The translations under genes and the position numbers were made by a program. A stretch of DNA of 63,956 nucleotides, counting the filler, from Welwitschia mirabilis (taxonomy: Eukaryota), in the NCBI GenBank assembly GCA_051453625.1. It is 6 parts of one record of this genome, joined end to end, with 100 filler letters (N's around TTAATTAATTAA, not from the genome) between each part and the next. Parts side by side here need not be neighbours in the genome. Positions count along the whole stretch, not along the records: positions 14,918 to 41,516 come from JBOZIK010000001.1; 5 more parts are not named here. One strand, given 5' to 3'. Below the pieces are notes generated by a model that did not search any database, was not told the origin of the DNA, and worked only from the letters and a program-made list of their open reading frames with translations. Below, one piece after another: positions 23,573 through 37,383 of the stretch; within the stretch, counting starts at the first letter, position 1, and every line of letters begins with the position of its first letter.

Positions 23573-26500
23573 TATTTTACTACCAATTTGTATGTATTTG
23601 ATAGGGTATTTTGAGTAGTTTTGCAAGAAATTAAAAATATTTATGCTAAAATTCAACAATAATAAAGAGCTAAGATGAATAATACAAAAACATTCAATAT
23701 TCACTACATTTTATAGCAATTGAGGTAATTTACAATATTTCCTACCTAAATTAAAAATCATGCAAATAATAAGAATAAAGTAATACATGAAGGATTGTAC
23801 AAAAGCCTCTCATCCACTTTATCATCAGAATGATGGTATGGATGATAGAACAATTTAATAAATTAAGATATCATATGTAATCAACTAAGTAGTTGATGTG
23901 AAATTCTTATAAGGTGGCATTGTCTCCTGTATTATTCAAACAACTAATAAGATAATATCAAAAATATATGATTTATCAAACTTCACTAGACTTTGATCAT
24001 TTATCTTATACTTGACTTACATAATTATTAGGATTGTTCCCATGTCTATTAGTCTTATCTGTTTGTAAAGTTTATTTTGTTAATAAAAACTAGCTCCACC
24101 CTCGACTTCATCTTGTCTTAATTTATACTAAACATCTTTGTGATAAGCGATTGAAGAACTAAAGATCCATCCATTATTATTGTAGAGAGATGTCTTCCAT
24201 AGTGTTGGGTTGTGCATCCTTCATTGAGGTACTACTACTTTGTAACATGGATGTTGATTCAATTTCAATTAAAGCTTTATTCTTCCTTTATATATATTTT
24301 ATTTTATGTATGATCATTATGGTTTATGTCACTTCTAATTCTATGATAGCTTATTTAGTGATACAGATCATGAGGGTGGCCTCTATTAAGGTTGACAATT
24401 ATTAGTTTAGGTGCATTATATTTTCTTTCTTAGATTAACTTTACGTATTTTTCATATTCTATTTGATCTACCTAATTTCTTAGATTGATTTTAATCTAGT
24501 GACTGTATTTCTTAATTGATCTAGATTATATAGGGTCAATTTCTATAACAAGCTAATTTGGTAATTGGATAGAACTTGCACTTAGTTTAAACTTGCATTT
24601 TATTTGCATAAGTGTGTTTGCATTGTTATTTCTACATTTTTATTTATTTCTACTTAAAGGATACATAGTGTTTCATTTTTAAAATTAATTCTCTTTCTTC
24701 TAGGTTATTTCTTCAATGAGAATGTAATGTTTTGGTCACTTCTATCTATATTAGTATGTTGTATAATGTAGAATATATATTTATTTGTGAATAATAGGAT
24801 CTGCTTCAGAATGTAATGTTTACATAAATATGCACCATAACATCTTGGCACAATTGTTGAGAAAGGATGCTTGAAATTTGAGGATTTTTATTACTTAGGT
24901 GAATACTGGGATCTTATTTTGGGTATTTACTTATAGGAGCATTGTACTTTATAATACAAATGTAGATTTTTCTCTTTGCAATTTTCATTTTGCATTCTGA
25001 AACAAATGCCCTATCATCCAGTTCATTATCTAAATAACGCATGGTGATAATGTCTTGTATGATTTAAGCTTTTTAATTTTCTTAAGGCTTAGGATTTTTT
25101 CTATCATTCCCTTTGTCATCTAGATGACTTAGGAGGTAACAATCTATTTTTAGGGTCTGCTATTTTGTGATTCTATTTTTTTGCATTTTTTTGTTTTTGA
25201 TTTTTTGTGTGTTCTATTGTCTAGAGATATTGTCTGAATGACCAAAGAGATGACACATACTAAAATGAAAAATGAGCATGCTGGAACATGATAAATTATG
25301 ATATGAAATAAAATATTAGAGAGAGTGGTTGTTCCTTAAAGAAAACATCTAAGAAGATTTAATCGACTATAGAATTAACCCACGTACACATACCACAAGT
25401 ACACAAGATATTTTAAAAATTTAACAAGAAGAAATTTCTACATTTATTATTTCAAAATTTAATTTTTCAAAAGAAATTTTTTTAAAAGATACTTTAGAAT
25501 ATAGTTTAGAAGAAAGTCATCTTATAAATATTTTAAATTCATTATAAAAATAAAAGCAAGTTTCTTCATCTAATCCCTTTATTGTTATTGGAACTGCTAT
25601 AACTACATCCATAAATCCTAATGCTAATGTTAACTTTAGAGAACTTATATAAAATAAGAAACATAAAATCTAAACCCTTTTTAACTTACCTCTTAGTAAT
25701 GATGTTAAGTTAAGAAATTTAATCACCTATCCTATTTTTAATGGAGAAAATAATGAATAAATTTTATAACATATTATTGACATCAAATAATTAGTAGTTA
25801 CTTTCAAAAATGGTGTGTATGGTTATTATTTCCACCACTCTAAAAGGAAAAGCTAAACTTTGGTTAAGAAATATTCCCCATAAAGTTTAAAAACATAGAA
25901 TCAAATTCAAGAAGCATTTATAAAGAGATTTAAGAGTGAAACTAAAATAAGAAAAAGAAATAAATAAATAACTAACTTCTAACAACAACCTAATGAGGAT
26001 TATGCCTTCACCTATGAGCGATTTCTCATTGCATTACATTCTAATCCCATAGATGCATTTTCTCAAAAGAATTAGTAGATTACTTTTATAGTGAACTTAA
26101 TACCTAAACAAAATAACTTATTGATTTTTCATGTGGAACAAATTTAATAAATCTCACATTAGAAAATTCATAGAAGGTGTTGGAGGAATTAGTATAAGTA
26201 AGTTAGATATGGCCTAAACCCTTATCTAAAGAAAATCATATAGTAGGTCAAATTATAAAAGACCTTAAAGAGTTTAAACAAAAGAAAAAAAAGTAAAAAC
26301 AGAGAAGAAACCACTAGTGTTATTAAGGATTTCACTATAACATTAGAGAAATACATACAAATAATCTTATATGCTAAGATGACAATAGAAAAAAAGTGTA
26401 TTTGTACTTTCAACTTGTGATTTATGTGAAGATAACTACCAGGTGATGAAAGCTTGTCCTTTACTAGTCAAATATCTTTAAACTTTATAAATCAAAATCA

Positions 26501-28266
26501 AAACCAAAATCAAAGTCAGAATCAAAAGCAAAATAATTTTTAACCTAGGATGAATAGACAATCAAATTTAGAACAAACCTAAAAACTTTTAAGTAAATCA
26601 TTCTAATTTCCAACCATTTAGAAATAAATTTGAGAATGCAAATTTCCAACTAAATAACTCTAATTATCAAGCAGATACATCAAACTTACAAAACCAAAAT
26701 GATCTACTTAGGAATTCGATTGATGAGTTAAGAAAATTTCAAAAAAAAAAAATAAAATCAAACATTGAAAATCTTGTTAATGTTCTACAATAAACTATGC
26801 TTGCTAATCAAATACCACAAGGGTTACTTGTAAAGAAACCTTTACCAAACCCCAAAAAAGTTAAGGAACATTGTAAGGTTATAATAAGAAGTGAAAACGA
26901 TGTAAAACCTCTTATCCAAGAGGCTTTAACATCTCAAAGTGATAAAAATAATAAAAATAATGAGGAAGGATAAGATATTAAAATTTTATAAAATCATTCT
27001 TTCCCTTCTTCTTTAAATGATAATAGAAAATTGTATTCTCAATAAAAAGGTAAGAATCCTATTACCACTTAGCTTGAAAGATGTAATAATAATCCTACAT
27101 TTAATAACCTTCTTAAATCTTTAATGCAAAATGTAAGCATAAATTTACCTTCTTGAAAGCTTTTACAAGAGAATCCTAAATATTATAAGTTGTGGAAAGA
27201 TTTGATTAAAAGAAAATAAAAGAAAACTATACCTAGTAAATTCTTATTAGCCTAATTCATTACCAGCTTAGTCTTACAAAAATGTCCAAATTTTAAATAT
27301 TTATGAATGGTAACCATTAGTGTTACTTTAGAAGAGAATAAAAGAATAAAGAAAGTCTTGATAGATATAGGATAAAGTATTAATATTATCCCTTTGCACA
27401 TTTTTTAATGACTTGGATTGAAAAGTAAAATTGAACCTATAAGGATTATTTTAAAATAAGCATATGCATTAGTAAAGAAATCTTTTGGGCATTATTAAAG
27501 ACTTATAGATTTAAATAAAAGAAGAATTCTATTCTATAGATGTGGTTGTGATTAAAGTTGAGTATAACATTGGTTATCCATTACTTCTAGGTAGAGCTTT
27601 TTGTGTAATAATCCATTGTATTATTAATACCAAAACAAGAATGATGGAATGTCACTTAGTAAATAAGAAGTTTGTAATAAGAGTATTTGATACTCCTGAA
27701 AAGGATTTAAATGATAAATTGAATGTTGAAGAAGAGATTAAATCTAGTTTACCATTACAACATCATCCACTTGCAGAAAGATGGTCAATGCTTTGTAAGC
27801 TAACTTTAGATAATTTAAAAATTTTTAATGATGATCAACTTGATTATGATCATTTAGAAATTGACTATTTTTATCAAGAGAGCAAAAAAATGGAAACTAT
27901 AAATTTTACAAAAGTTTAAGATTTGAGAAAAACTAAGATTTCTTACTTTGAGGGTGGTCATCTAGTACTTCCATTTGGACGATAGTCTAAGACAATAATT
28001 AGTTTTGATGAAAATTTAATAGAAAATAAAAATTTGAATTTGAATCTGAAACCTTTATCCAATGGACTAAAATATATCTTCCTATTTAATGATCAAAATA
28101 AATCTTTAATAATAAATGAGAATCTTTCCTCTTAATAAAATTTAATTTTAATGTCACTTTTGAAATCTAAGGTTAATGAGAATATTTAATAATAAATGAG
28201 AATCTTTAATTTTAATGTCACTTTTAAAATCTTTAATAATAAATGAGAATCTTTCCTCTTAATAAC
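23573..28266 (+). mobile_element. Athila-like element: full 5' LTR (23573-24842), PBS, gag, PR; truncated before RT
   Basis: The LTR is homologous along its length to 46259-47522. PBS TCTTGGCACAATTGTTGAGAA. ORF 27542-27919 (YPLLLGRAFC) is the protease C-terminal region. Confidence 0.85.
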
Positions 28267-29775
28267 AAGTAACATCTTTCCATAGATGGGACTTACATAA
28301 TTAATTATTGGGCTAAACACAAAACAATAAAGCATGAAATAATGAAACACAAATTATGTGTTTTTTCTTCATTAATAAAATGTTTTTCATAATAAAACAG
28401 ACTTCAAAAGTATTTACCTATTTAAGTCAAACTATATAATTTAAAGAATAGTTAATTACTTTTGATTAAGCATAGTAACTATGAAAAAGTTGTTACATTT
28501 AAGAGTTATCTTTCTTCAAGGACTACATAAGCTATTTATTAAAGTAAATAAAAATATTTAATAAAGTGTTTGATTTGTATTAAAGGTATTTTTAATTTTC
28601 ATTTTAATATGTTAAATTAATTCTAAACATTATTTCTTTAATTTATTCCACTATTGAAGTATAAAGATATTAATATCATATTCTTTCATTTGTTACTAGA
28701 GAAAGTTGTTAATTTTTGAAAATCTAGAGTAAAAATTTTTGAACATAGATTTACACCTTAAATACATTATCCGTTACTATAAAGAGACTTAAAGCCTAAA
28801 TTTCCTTGTTGCCTTAGTGTCAAGTACTTTAAAGATATTACTATTAACTCCAAAAAAATGTACCATTAAGAATTTGATTTTCAAACATGAGAAAGAAAAC
28901 ACTAAGAGACAAGATAAAAAGCAATAGAAATACCTAGATTTACTAGTTAAAAACTAAACTTATTTGAATATTTAAATACTAAGAAAAGGAAAAAATAATT
29001 TAACCTATATATTCCTAAGTTTAATAAAGAACATTATGAGGTTAAAAGATATAGATAAATTTTCACTTATTTATCACTTATTTATCATTGGATTACTTTT
29101 TTATGTGTGAGAATATGTGGGTACTTTTCCTACTACTACTTGTATAATGCCATGCTATAAATATAAATCATTCTTCCATGGTTATTTAAAAAATGAAATG
29201 GTTACTACATTTGATTAAAAATAAATATTTCTATAATGAATACAACATAGAAGAATAGAAACATGAAGCTAAGAATAGAGATCTCTACTATACATATTTA
29301 TGAAAATTTCCTTTAAGAGTAATAATTTCTATTCATTCTTTTAAACTATACTACAAGCCCAACCCATTATTGAGTTTAAAAGATAAGAGAAAAATTGATG
29401 GATCACATTTCAAAATTTTTTAACAAAGAAATCCAATTATTATTAATAAGTTAGTTGGAAAAAAATAAGAACATGAAGGTTAATAAGTTTATTGCTTATT
29501 TAACATTGCTAGTATAATTAATCACAAAGGATGTGTAATGCTTATTGTATTATGTAGAAATTTAAAGAAAAACTTCCAAAGCTTAGAAATATAAAATAGA
29601 ACTTAAAAAAATCTTAAAAAATTATCAAGGAATAAACCTAGTTCTAAAGATAATAGTCAAAGAAGCACAAAGGATTAAGAAAACTTTAAGAAATTCCACA
29701 GAATTAATGAAGATAATCTACATCAAGTATAAAGAATTAATAGAGAAGAGATTATAACCAACTACCTAAGAACTT

Positions 29776-30706
29776 TGATATGGTACATATTTATGCTTTA
29801 AAGTCTAAATTACATCAATGTATCTTTACTACAAAACCTAAAAATTGAATATATATCTCTGCTTGCACAAAAGACACTTGTATAATGGAATGAACCCAAA
29901 ATGTCATACTCTAGAGAAGACTTACAAACAAAGAATTAGAAAATTGATTTAACAAATTTGAAAATAAGGTTTGTAATTTCTAATTTCTTTAATTAAGAAA
30001 ATAAATCAAGAATAATGCAAATGTAATGAATGCAATGGATGATAATAACATAAAATAAAATGTAATGCAATTGAATTAATGCAACCTAAATGCAAATATT
30101 AATTAAATTACGAATTTAAAATAACTTAGATTGATCCTTCTAATCCATATCAATTATAAATAATATTTTTAAATTGTAATTAATATAAACTATAAGGAAT
30201 AAAGGAAAATTTTTGTAAGAAAAAGTGCTTCAATGCAAGAATCACACCCCAGTAATAAGGATAACACTCTTACAAGCTAAGACATATCCCTTTGCTCCTT
30301 TGATATCTAATTTGTTTCAAGGTTAACATTTATAAAAAAATTGTAAAATCTGAACTAAGGGGGTCTATTTATAGTTTAGAATTGGTAGTTGATTATGGCA
30401 AAGGTTGTGATGTCAAAAGATGTAATCAAAACTAACTTTTAGTACAAGGACATTAATTTTTTTTAATAAATAACTAACTATCATCCACTTGATGTCATTT
30501 AGATGATAGGATGAATGATGGTGGAAACTACTTCTTAATGCTTGATACCTATCCAACTTCATTATTATTATATCATTCTAACTATCATTTGGATGATAGT
30601 GTGGATAAGAGCTTAGATCATTATAGATGCAATACATGTTGCTACCTAATAAATTATTTGCTAGCATGTCATTTGGGATGTTGTCTAGATAATGATGTAG
30701 ATGATG
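29776..30706 (-). repeat. Athila-like LTR fragment (3' end at 29776, no PBS after it)
   Basis: The reverse complement ends AAATATGTACCATATCA, like the LTR end at 24826-24842. A minus-strand TATA box lies at ~30365-30373. Confidence 0.65.
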
Positions 30707-33700
30707 GTTCTAAAATCAATTATCACTCTTCTCATCTATGCCTTCAACAATAATATAACATTAAGTTCACTCCCATCTATATTGGTATGTTGTATTATGT
30801 AAAATCTGTATTTATCTATGAATGATAGGATCTTCTTAAGAGCATAATCATTTACACAAATACACATTGCAATATCTTGGTACTATTGTGGGGGAAGGCT
30901 ACTTAGATTTTAAGGATTATTATTACTCAGGTAAGTGTTTGGATATCAGTTTATATATTTGCTTGTAATAGCACTATACATTTAGCTACAGTAGTGTAGG
31001 TATTTCTTTCCAGAGTTTCTATTTTGTGTTTGAAATAAATGCTTTGTTGTCTGCTTTATCATTCAGATGACTTACACTGATGATAGCCTATGTGCCTTGA
31101 GTTTTTTACTTTCTTAAAAATTATAATTTTTTATCATCTCCTCTATTGTCTAGATGATTCTGGAGAATGATAGTCTATTTTTAATGTTTTTAGTATTTGT
31201 TATTTTATGCTTCTCTTTTTCTACATCTTTTTTTGTTATGTCGTTTATGTTTTTTGTCATTCAAACATATCCTCTAGATGACACAGGGATGATACACACT
31301 AAACATAAAAATTGAGCATGCTGGGACATGGTAAAATCTGGTAAGAAAGAAAGATATAATAGAGAGTAGTTGTTCATCAAGGAAAACATCCGAGAAGGTT
31401 TGATTAACTTCAAATTTAAATCAGGTATGCACACCAAAGGTACATAAAGTTTTTTAAAATTTTCACAAGAATAAATTTCTTTATTTATTATTTCAGAATA
31501 TGATTTTGCAAAAGAAAATTTCTTAGATGATTGTTTAGAAGATAGTTTACAAGAAAATCATTTTTTAAATATGTCTAGTTCATTACAAAAGCAAAAGAAG
31601 GTCACTTTGCCTAATCCACCCTTTTTTATTGAAATCCTTACAACTATGTTCATAAATCCTAATGTCAATGTCACCCTTAGAGAGCTTATAGCTCATAAAA
31701 AATGTAAAATCCAAACCCATTTTGATTTATCTCTTAGTGACGATGTTGAACTTAGAAATTTAAATGCTTACCTCATTTTTAGTGGTAAAAATGATAACAA
31801 TCCTTTACAACAGACTGGTAACATTGAATAGTTAGTACTTACTTTCAGAAATGGTAAAAAAGAAATAAGTTATTAAACTTATATGGTAATTTTTCCCATC
31901 ACTTTAAAAGGAAAATCTAAAATTTGGTTGAAAACAATTACATATAAGAGTCTAAAAATATAGATTCAAGTTTAAGAAGCTTTTATAAAGAGAATCATAA
32001 GAGAAACAATCATAAAAAAATATAAGAAAAAAGTAACTAACTTTCAATAATAGCCTAATGAAGATTATGCCTCCATCTATGAGATATTTTTTATTTCTTT
32101 ACATTCGAATCCCATAGATGCTTTTTCTCAAGAAGAATTAGTAGACTACTTTCATAGTGGATTTAATAGCCAAATTATGCAAATTGTTGATTTTTATTAT
32201 GGAGGAAATTTAATGAAGCTTACATTAAAGAATGATTTGAGAGTGTTAGAAGAGTTAGGGAAAGTAAGTTGAACTTGGCCTAAACCCTCATCTACATAAA
32301 ATCATATAGTAGGTCAAACAATTAAAGATCTTAATGAAGTTAAGTAAGAGAAGAAGGAAGTAAAAATTGAAAAAGAACCTATCATTAAGGATTTCACCTC
32401 AACTTTAGAGAATTAGATTTTCTTATATGCAAAGGTGGCAATAAAAAAGAGTGTGGTTGTAGTTCCAACTTGTGATTTATGTGAAAACAACTACCATTTA
32501 ATAAAAAATAATCCTTTATTACGAACTTATAAAGAAAAGATTTATGAAGATGTATGCACTTTTAATCAAAGGTCTCAAAACTTTAAAAATCAAATTTAGA
32601 ACTAAAATCAAAATAATTTTCAACCTACGATAAATGGATAATCAAACTTCTAATCTTTTAAAAACTAACTCAAAAACTTTCAAACAAATGTTTCTAATTT
32701 TCAACCATTTAGAAAAATATTTAAGAATGCAAATTTCTAATTAAACAGCTTTAATAATCAAGCAAGCATATCCAACTTATAAAATCAAAGTAATCCACTT
32801 AGGAATTTTATTGATCATATGAAAAAGATACAATAGAAAAAAATTCCAACATTGAAAATATTATTAGTGTTTAACAACAAAATATACTTGTTAATCAAAG
32901 ATCACAAGGGTCACTTACAACAAAAACATTATGAAATCCTAATGAAGTTAAAAAAGTTTGTAAGATTATGATAACAAGTAAAAATGATAGAAGACCTCCT
33001 ACCCATGAGGCTTTAACATCTCAAAGTAATAAAAATGATAAGGGAGAACAGTAAATAGAAATTTTTGAAAATCATTATTTCCATTCTCCTTTAAATAATT
33101 AAAAGGAAAATTCTTCTCAAGAAAAAGGTAAGAAACTTGCTGCCCCTTGGCTTGATAGATTAAATATTAATCCCACTTTTCATGAATAACTTAAAGCCTT
33201 AATGCAAAATATAAGCATAAATTTATCATTTTGGAGATTTTGTAAGATAATCCTAAATATTCTAAGTTATGGATAGCTCTGATTAGGAGGAATCAATAAT
33301 AAACTATACTTAGTAGAGTCTTTCTAGCCTAATTCATAAGTAACTTAGTATTATAAAAATGTTTAAATTTTAAGGATTCAAGGGTAGTAACTATTAGTAT
33401 TAATTTAGAAAGAAACAAAAGAATAAATAAATCCTTAATTGATATAGAAGCAAGTATGAACATTATGTCCTTGCGTTTTTATTAATGAATTGCATTAAAA
33501 AGTAGAATAAAGCCTACAAGGATTGTCTTAAAATTAGAAGATACATCTATAAGAAACCTGTATATGTGATTAAAGACTTATTAATTTAAATTAAAAAAGC
33601 ATTATACCCTATTAGTGTGGTTGTTATTAAAGTTAAATATAATGGTGGTTATCCATTGCTTCTAGAAAGAGCTTTTTGTGCAATATTCCATTGTATTATA

Positions 33701-36700
33701 GATAGTAAAATAGGAATGATGAAATCTCATTTAGGAAATGAAGAGTTCATAATAAGAGTGTTTGATGCTACAGAAAAAGATTTAGATGATGATTTGAGTA
33801 TTGAAGAAGAGAATCAAGCATGTTTATTTCTATAACATGAACAAAGATGATCAATGCTTCATGATCTAACTTTGGTTAATCATGCATTTGAAGTAGACAA
33901 TTTGAAAGCTTTTAATGATGATTAATTTAATTTTGAAAATTAAAAACTAATTATTTTAATTAGAAGATTAGAAATACTGAATCTCTCAACTATGTAGAAG
34001 TTTGAGATTTGAATAAAATAAAGATTTCTTATTTTGAGGGAGATTGTTCACTACTGACGTCTAGATGATACTTTGAGATGATGGTTAGTTTTCATAAAAA
34101 ATTATTAAAAAATAAAAATATAAATTTGAATCTAAATTTAAAATCTTTACCCAATGGATTAAAATATATCTTTCTATGTAATGATCAGAACAAACCTATG
34201 ATAATAAACAAAAATATACCACCTTAATAAGAATCAATCTTAATCTTACTTCAAAAAGCTAANNNNNNNNNNCCTATTAGACAACCCCAACGTAGACATA
34301 ACCCAGCCCTTAAACAAGTCATAAAAGATGTAATCACTAAATTAATGAAATTTAGGAGTGGATTAGCTTTTTAATGGTACTTTCTAAGAAAGGTAGAAAA
34401 CCAAGGATGTGAATTGATTTTACAAAATTAAATAAAGTAATAAAAAATATCATTTTCATTTATATTTTCTTGATCATATACTTGATAGAATTCAAGGATA
34501 TTTTTTTTGTTATTTTCTTGATAGATGTAGTAATTAGGCTAAAAATACTTTTACTTTACCTTTTGATACTTTTACTTTTATATTCATATATTTTTGATTT
34601 TGCAATGCTCATGGTACATTTTTATGTGCAATGATGGGTGTTTTTTCTAATATGTTAGAGGATTCAATAGAAATTTTTATGAATGACTTCTCTATCTCTA
34701 ATAAAATCTTTAAGAAAATCTTAGAAAGATTAATAAAATCCTTGATAAATGCATTTCTAGTTGCATACATTTGAGTTGGGTAAAAAGTTTCTTTTTAGTT
34801 GATAGAGGAAATATTTTAAGTTATGATATTTTAGATAAGGGGATTAAAATGGACCTTGAAAATATTGGTATCATTAAAAATCTAACTCCTCCAACAAATG
34901 CAAAACAAGTTTGATCCTTTCTTATTCATTCTAGTTTTTATCATCTGTTTATTTAAGATTATGAAAAAAATTATGAAACTTTCACTTATTACTAGCAAAA
35001 AAGATAAATTTAACTAAAATGAATCTTATCAGCTTGCTTTTAATAAACTTGAACATAAAATATCTTCCACTTCTATTATAATAAGACTTGATGGGAATAA
35101 AAATTTTGAGTTAATGTGTGATGCTAGTAATTTTTCTATGAGAGAGGTACTTAGTTAAAAGTATAAAAATGATTTTAGAGTTATATCTTATCACAGTATG
35201 ACTCTGTTTAAAGCTAAAATAAATTGTACTACTACAAAGAAAGAAACGTTAGCAATTATCTTTTGTCTTGATATACTTAGACATTATCTTTTAGTTTTTT
35301 ATACAAATGTTTATATTAACTATGTTGAAATTTAATACATTATGACAAAAAAAAAGATTCAAGTAATAGACTAATTATATGAATCCTCCTCATGTAAATA
35401 TTTAATTTGAGCATCATTGATAAAGGAAGAAAGCATAATAGTATTTCTAATTATTTGTCTTATATTTTTTTCTTTTTGATGAGCTTATGATTGATGATTC
35501 TTTTCTGGATGAATAACTTTTTTTTATATCTTCTACTTATTCTCCTCATTAGTATGCTAAAATTTTATTTACCTTATTACCATTAAAACCCACCATAAGA
35601 TTGGACTTATAATCAAAGAAAATCATTTCTCCATCAAATAAGAGATTATGAATGAATAGATCCACATCTTTATCAGAGGTGTAAAGATAAACTTATGCAA
35701 AAATGTATGCTTGATTAGTAAAAATCTAATATCCTTTATCTTCATTATGGTAATGTTTGTGGGTGATATTTTAGTGGATAGAAAATAGCTATGAAATTAT
35801 TCACTTTCAGTTTTATTGATATGCTCTTTTTTAGGATTCTTTTAATTTTACTTGAAGGTGTGATCATTAGTAGCATTATGGTAATCTTACTCATGCTCAA
35901 GAGATGTCCCTTAAATCCATTCTTGAAAGTGAACCTTTTAATTATTAGAAAATTCGTTTTATAGGTCATATTCACTCATCTTCTACTTCTAAGAATTACA
36001 TTTTAGTGGATTTAGCTTACACAACTAAATGAGGTAAGCTCTTCTTACTTCCAGGAATGATGCTTAAACTATTTGTACTTTTTTTAGAGCTTGTATTTTT
36101 CAACTTTTTAGTTTTTCAAGGATTATCATTAGTGATCAAGAAACTTATTTTATAAATTAACATTTTATAAAACTTCTTTTTTCATTAGAATAGAACATAG
36201 AGTAACTTGTGATTATCATCCATAAATCAATAGTCAAGATGAAATGCAAACAAAGTAATTAAGAAAAGCTATAAAGACTTGTCTCTATTAATAAGAAATC
36301 TTGGGCTTTTATGCTTAATGACATTCTTTGGACTTATCATACTTCTTAGTGTAATTCTCTTAGTTTTTCACCTCATGAACTTGTGTACCAAAAATTTAGT
36401 ATTTTACTTTTTAACATGTGTTATAACTATTATTGTGTTAATCATCAACTTAATCTTATAAACCTCTATGAGGATCTCAAACATAGATTATCTCAACTAG
36501 ATCATCTTGATGAAAAATGTAATTATTCTTACATCATCAATTAATTCACAAAGCTCAATCTAATTTCAAACATAATAGAAAGTTACTTTATAAAAAGTTT
36601 GAACCTTGTCAACTTATCCTTTTATATATTACTATAGTACATTTTTTAAATAACAAGATAACCTTTAAATTTTTAGATCATTATCTTATAGAGAAAGTTA

Positions 36701-37216
36701 ACTCTAATGACTCTATTGAGATTTTTTGACTTAGAAACTAAGGAGATTTAGAAATTTAATAGATAAAGGTTTAAAATATATAAAAAATATTTTAATGCAA
36801 CTTTGAACATGATAGAAACACTTCTTTTGGAGATTCCCATCAATGAGGAGGAGTTCCATCGTCTCATTATCTAAATTCTCCCTTAGCATATTCCTTGGTA
36901 AATGTTATGATGTCATTTAATCATCTTTTAAACTTAAATTATATGTTCTTTTATGAAATTTTCATGACTAGTATTCATACTAGGGTATTTTATAGTGATA
37001 ATATTAGATTCACCTAATCTTAAGACATTCCCATATCTATAAACTTTACTTTTAAAGAAGATTCCTTAGTTCTTGTACTTTATTTACAATGGTCTGAGGT
37101 CTTTGGTTGTTTAGAAGATTTTTTTTTTTTTATTTTGTCTTTCATCTCAGTTATTTACCTTCATCTTTTCAGGTGTGTGATCATATGGAAATTATTCAAA
37201 AATATAATTGTTAAAT

Positions 37217-37219
<3 letters not shown>
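30707..37219 (+). mobile_element. Athila-like element: LTR 3' end, PBS, gag-PR-RT-RH-INT pseudogene
   Basis: PBS at 30875-30895. RT EIFMNDFS at 34670-34693, RNase H FELMCDAS at ~35105-35128, integrase IISDQ.T.F at ~36122-36150, and INT end at ~36870. The order PR-RT-RH-INT is that of Ty3/gypsy. Confidence 0.9.

Positions 37220-37282
<63 letters not shown>
37220..37282 (+). repeat. (AG)n microsatellite running into a gap
   Basis: Perfect AG dinucleotide run. Confidence 0.97.
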
Positions 37283-37283
<1 letters not shown>

Positions 37284-37383
37284 NNNNNNNNNNNNNNNNN
37301 NNNNNNNNNNNNNNNNNNNNNNNNNNNNNNNNNNNNNNNNNNNNNNNNNNNNNNNNNNNNNNNNNNNNNNNNNNNNNNNNNNN

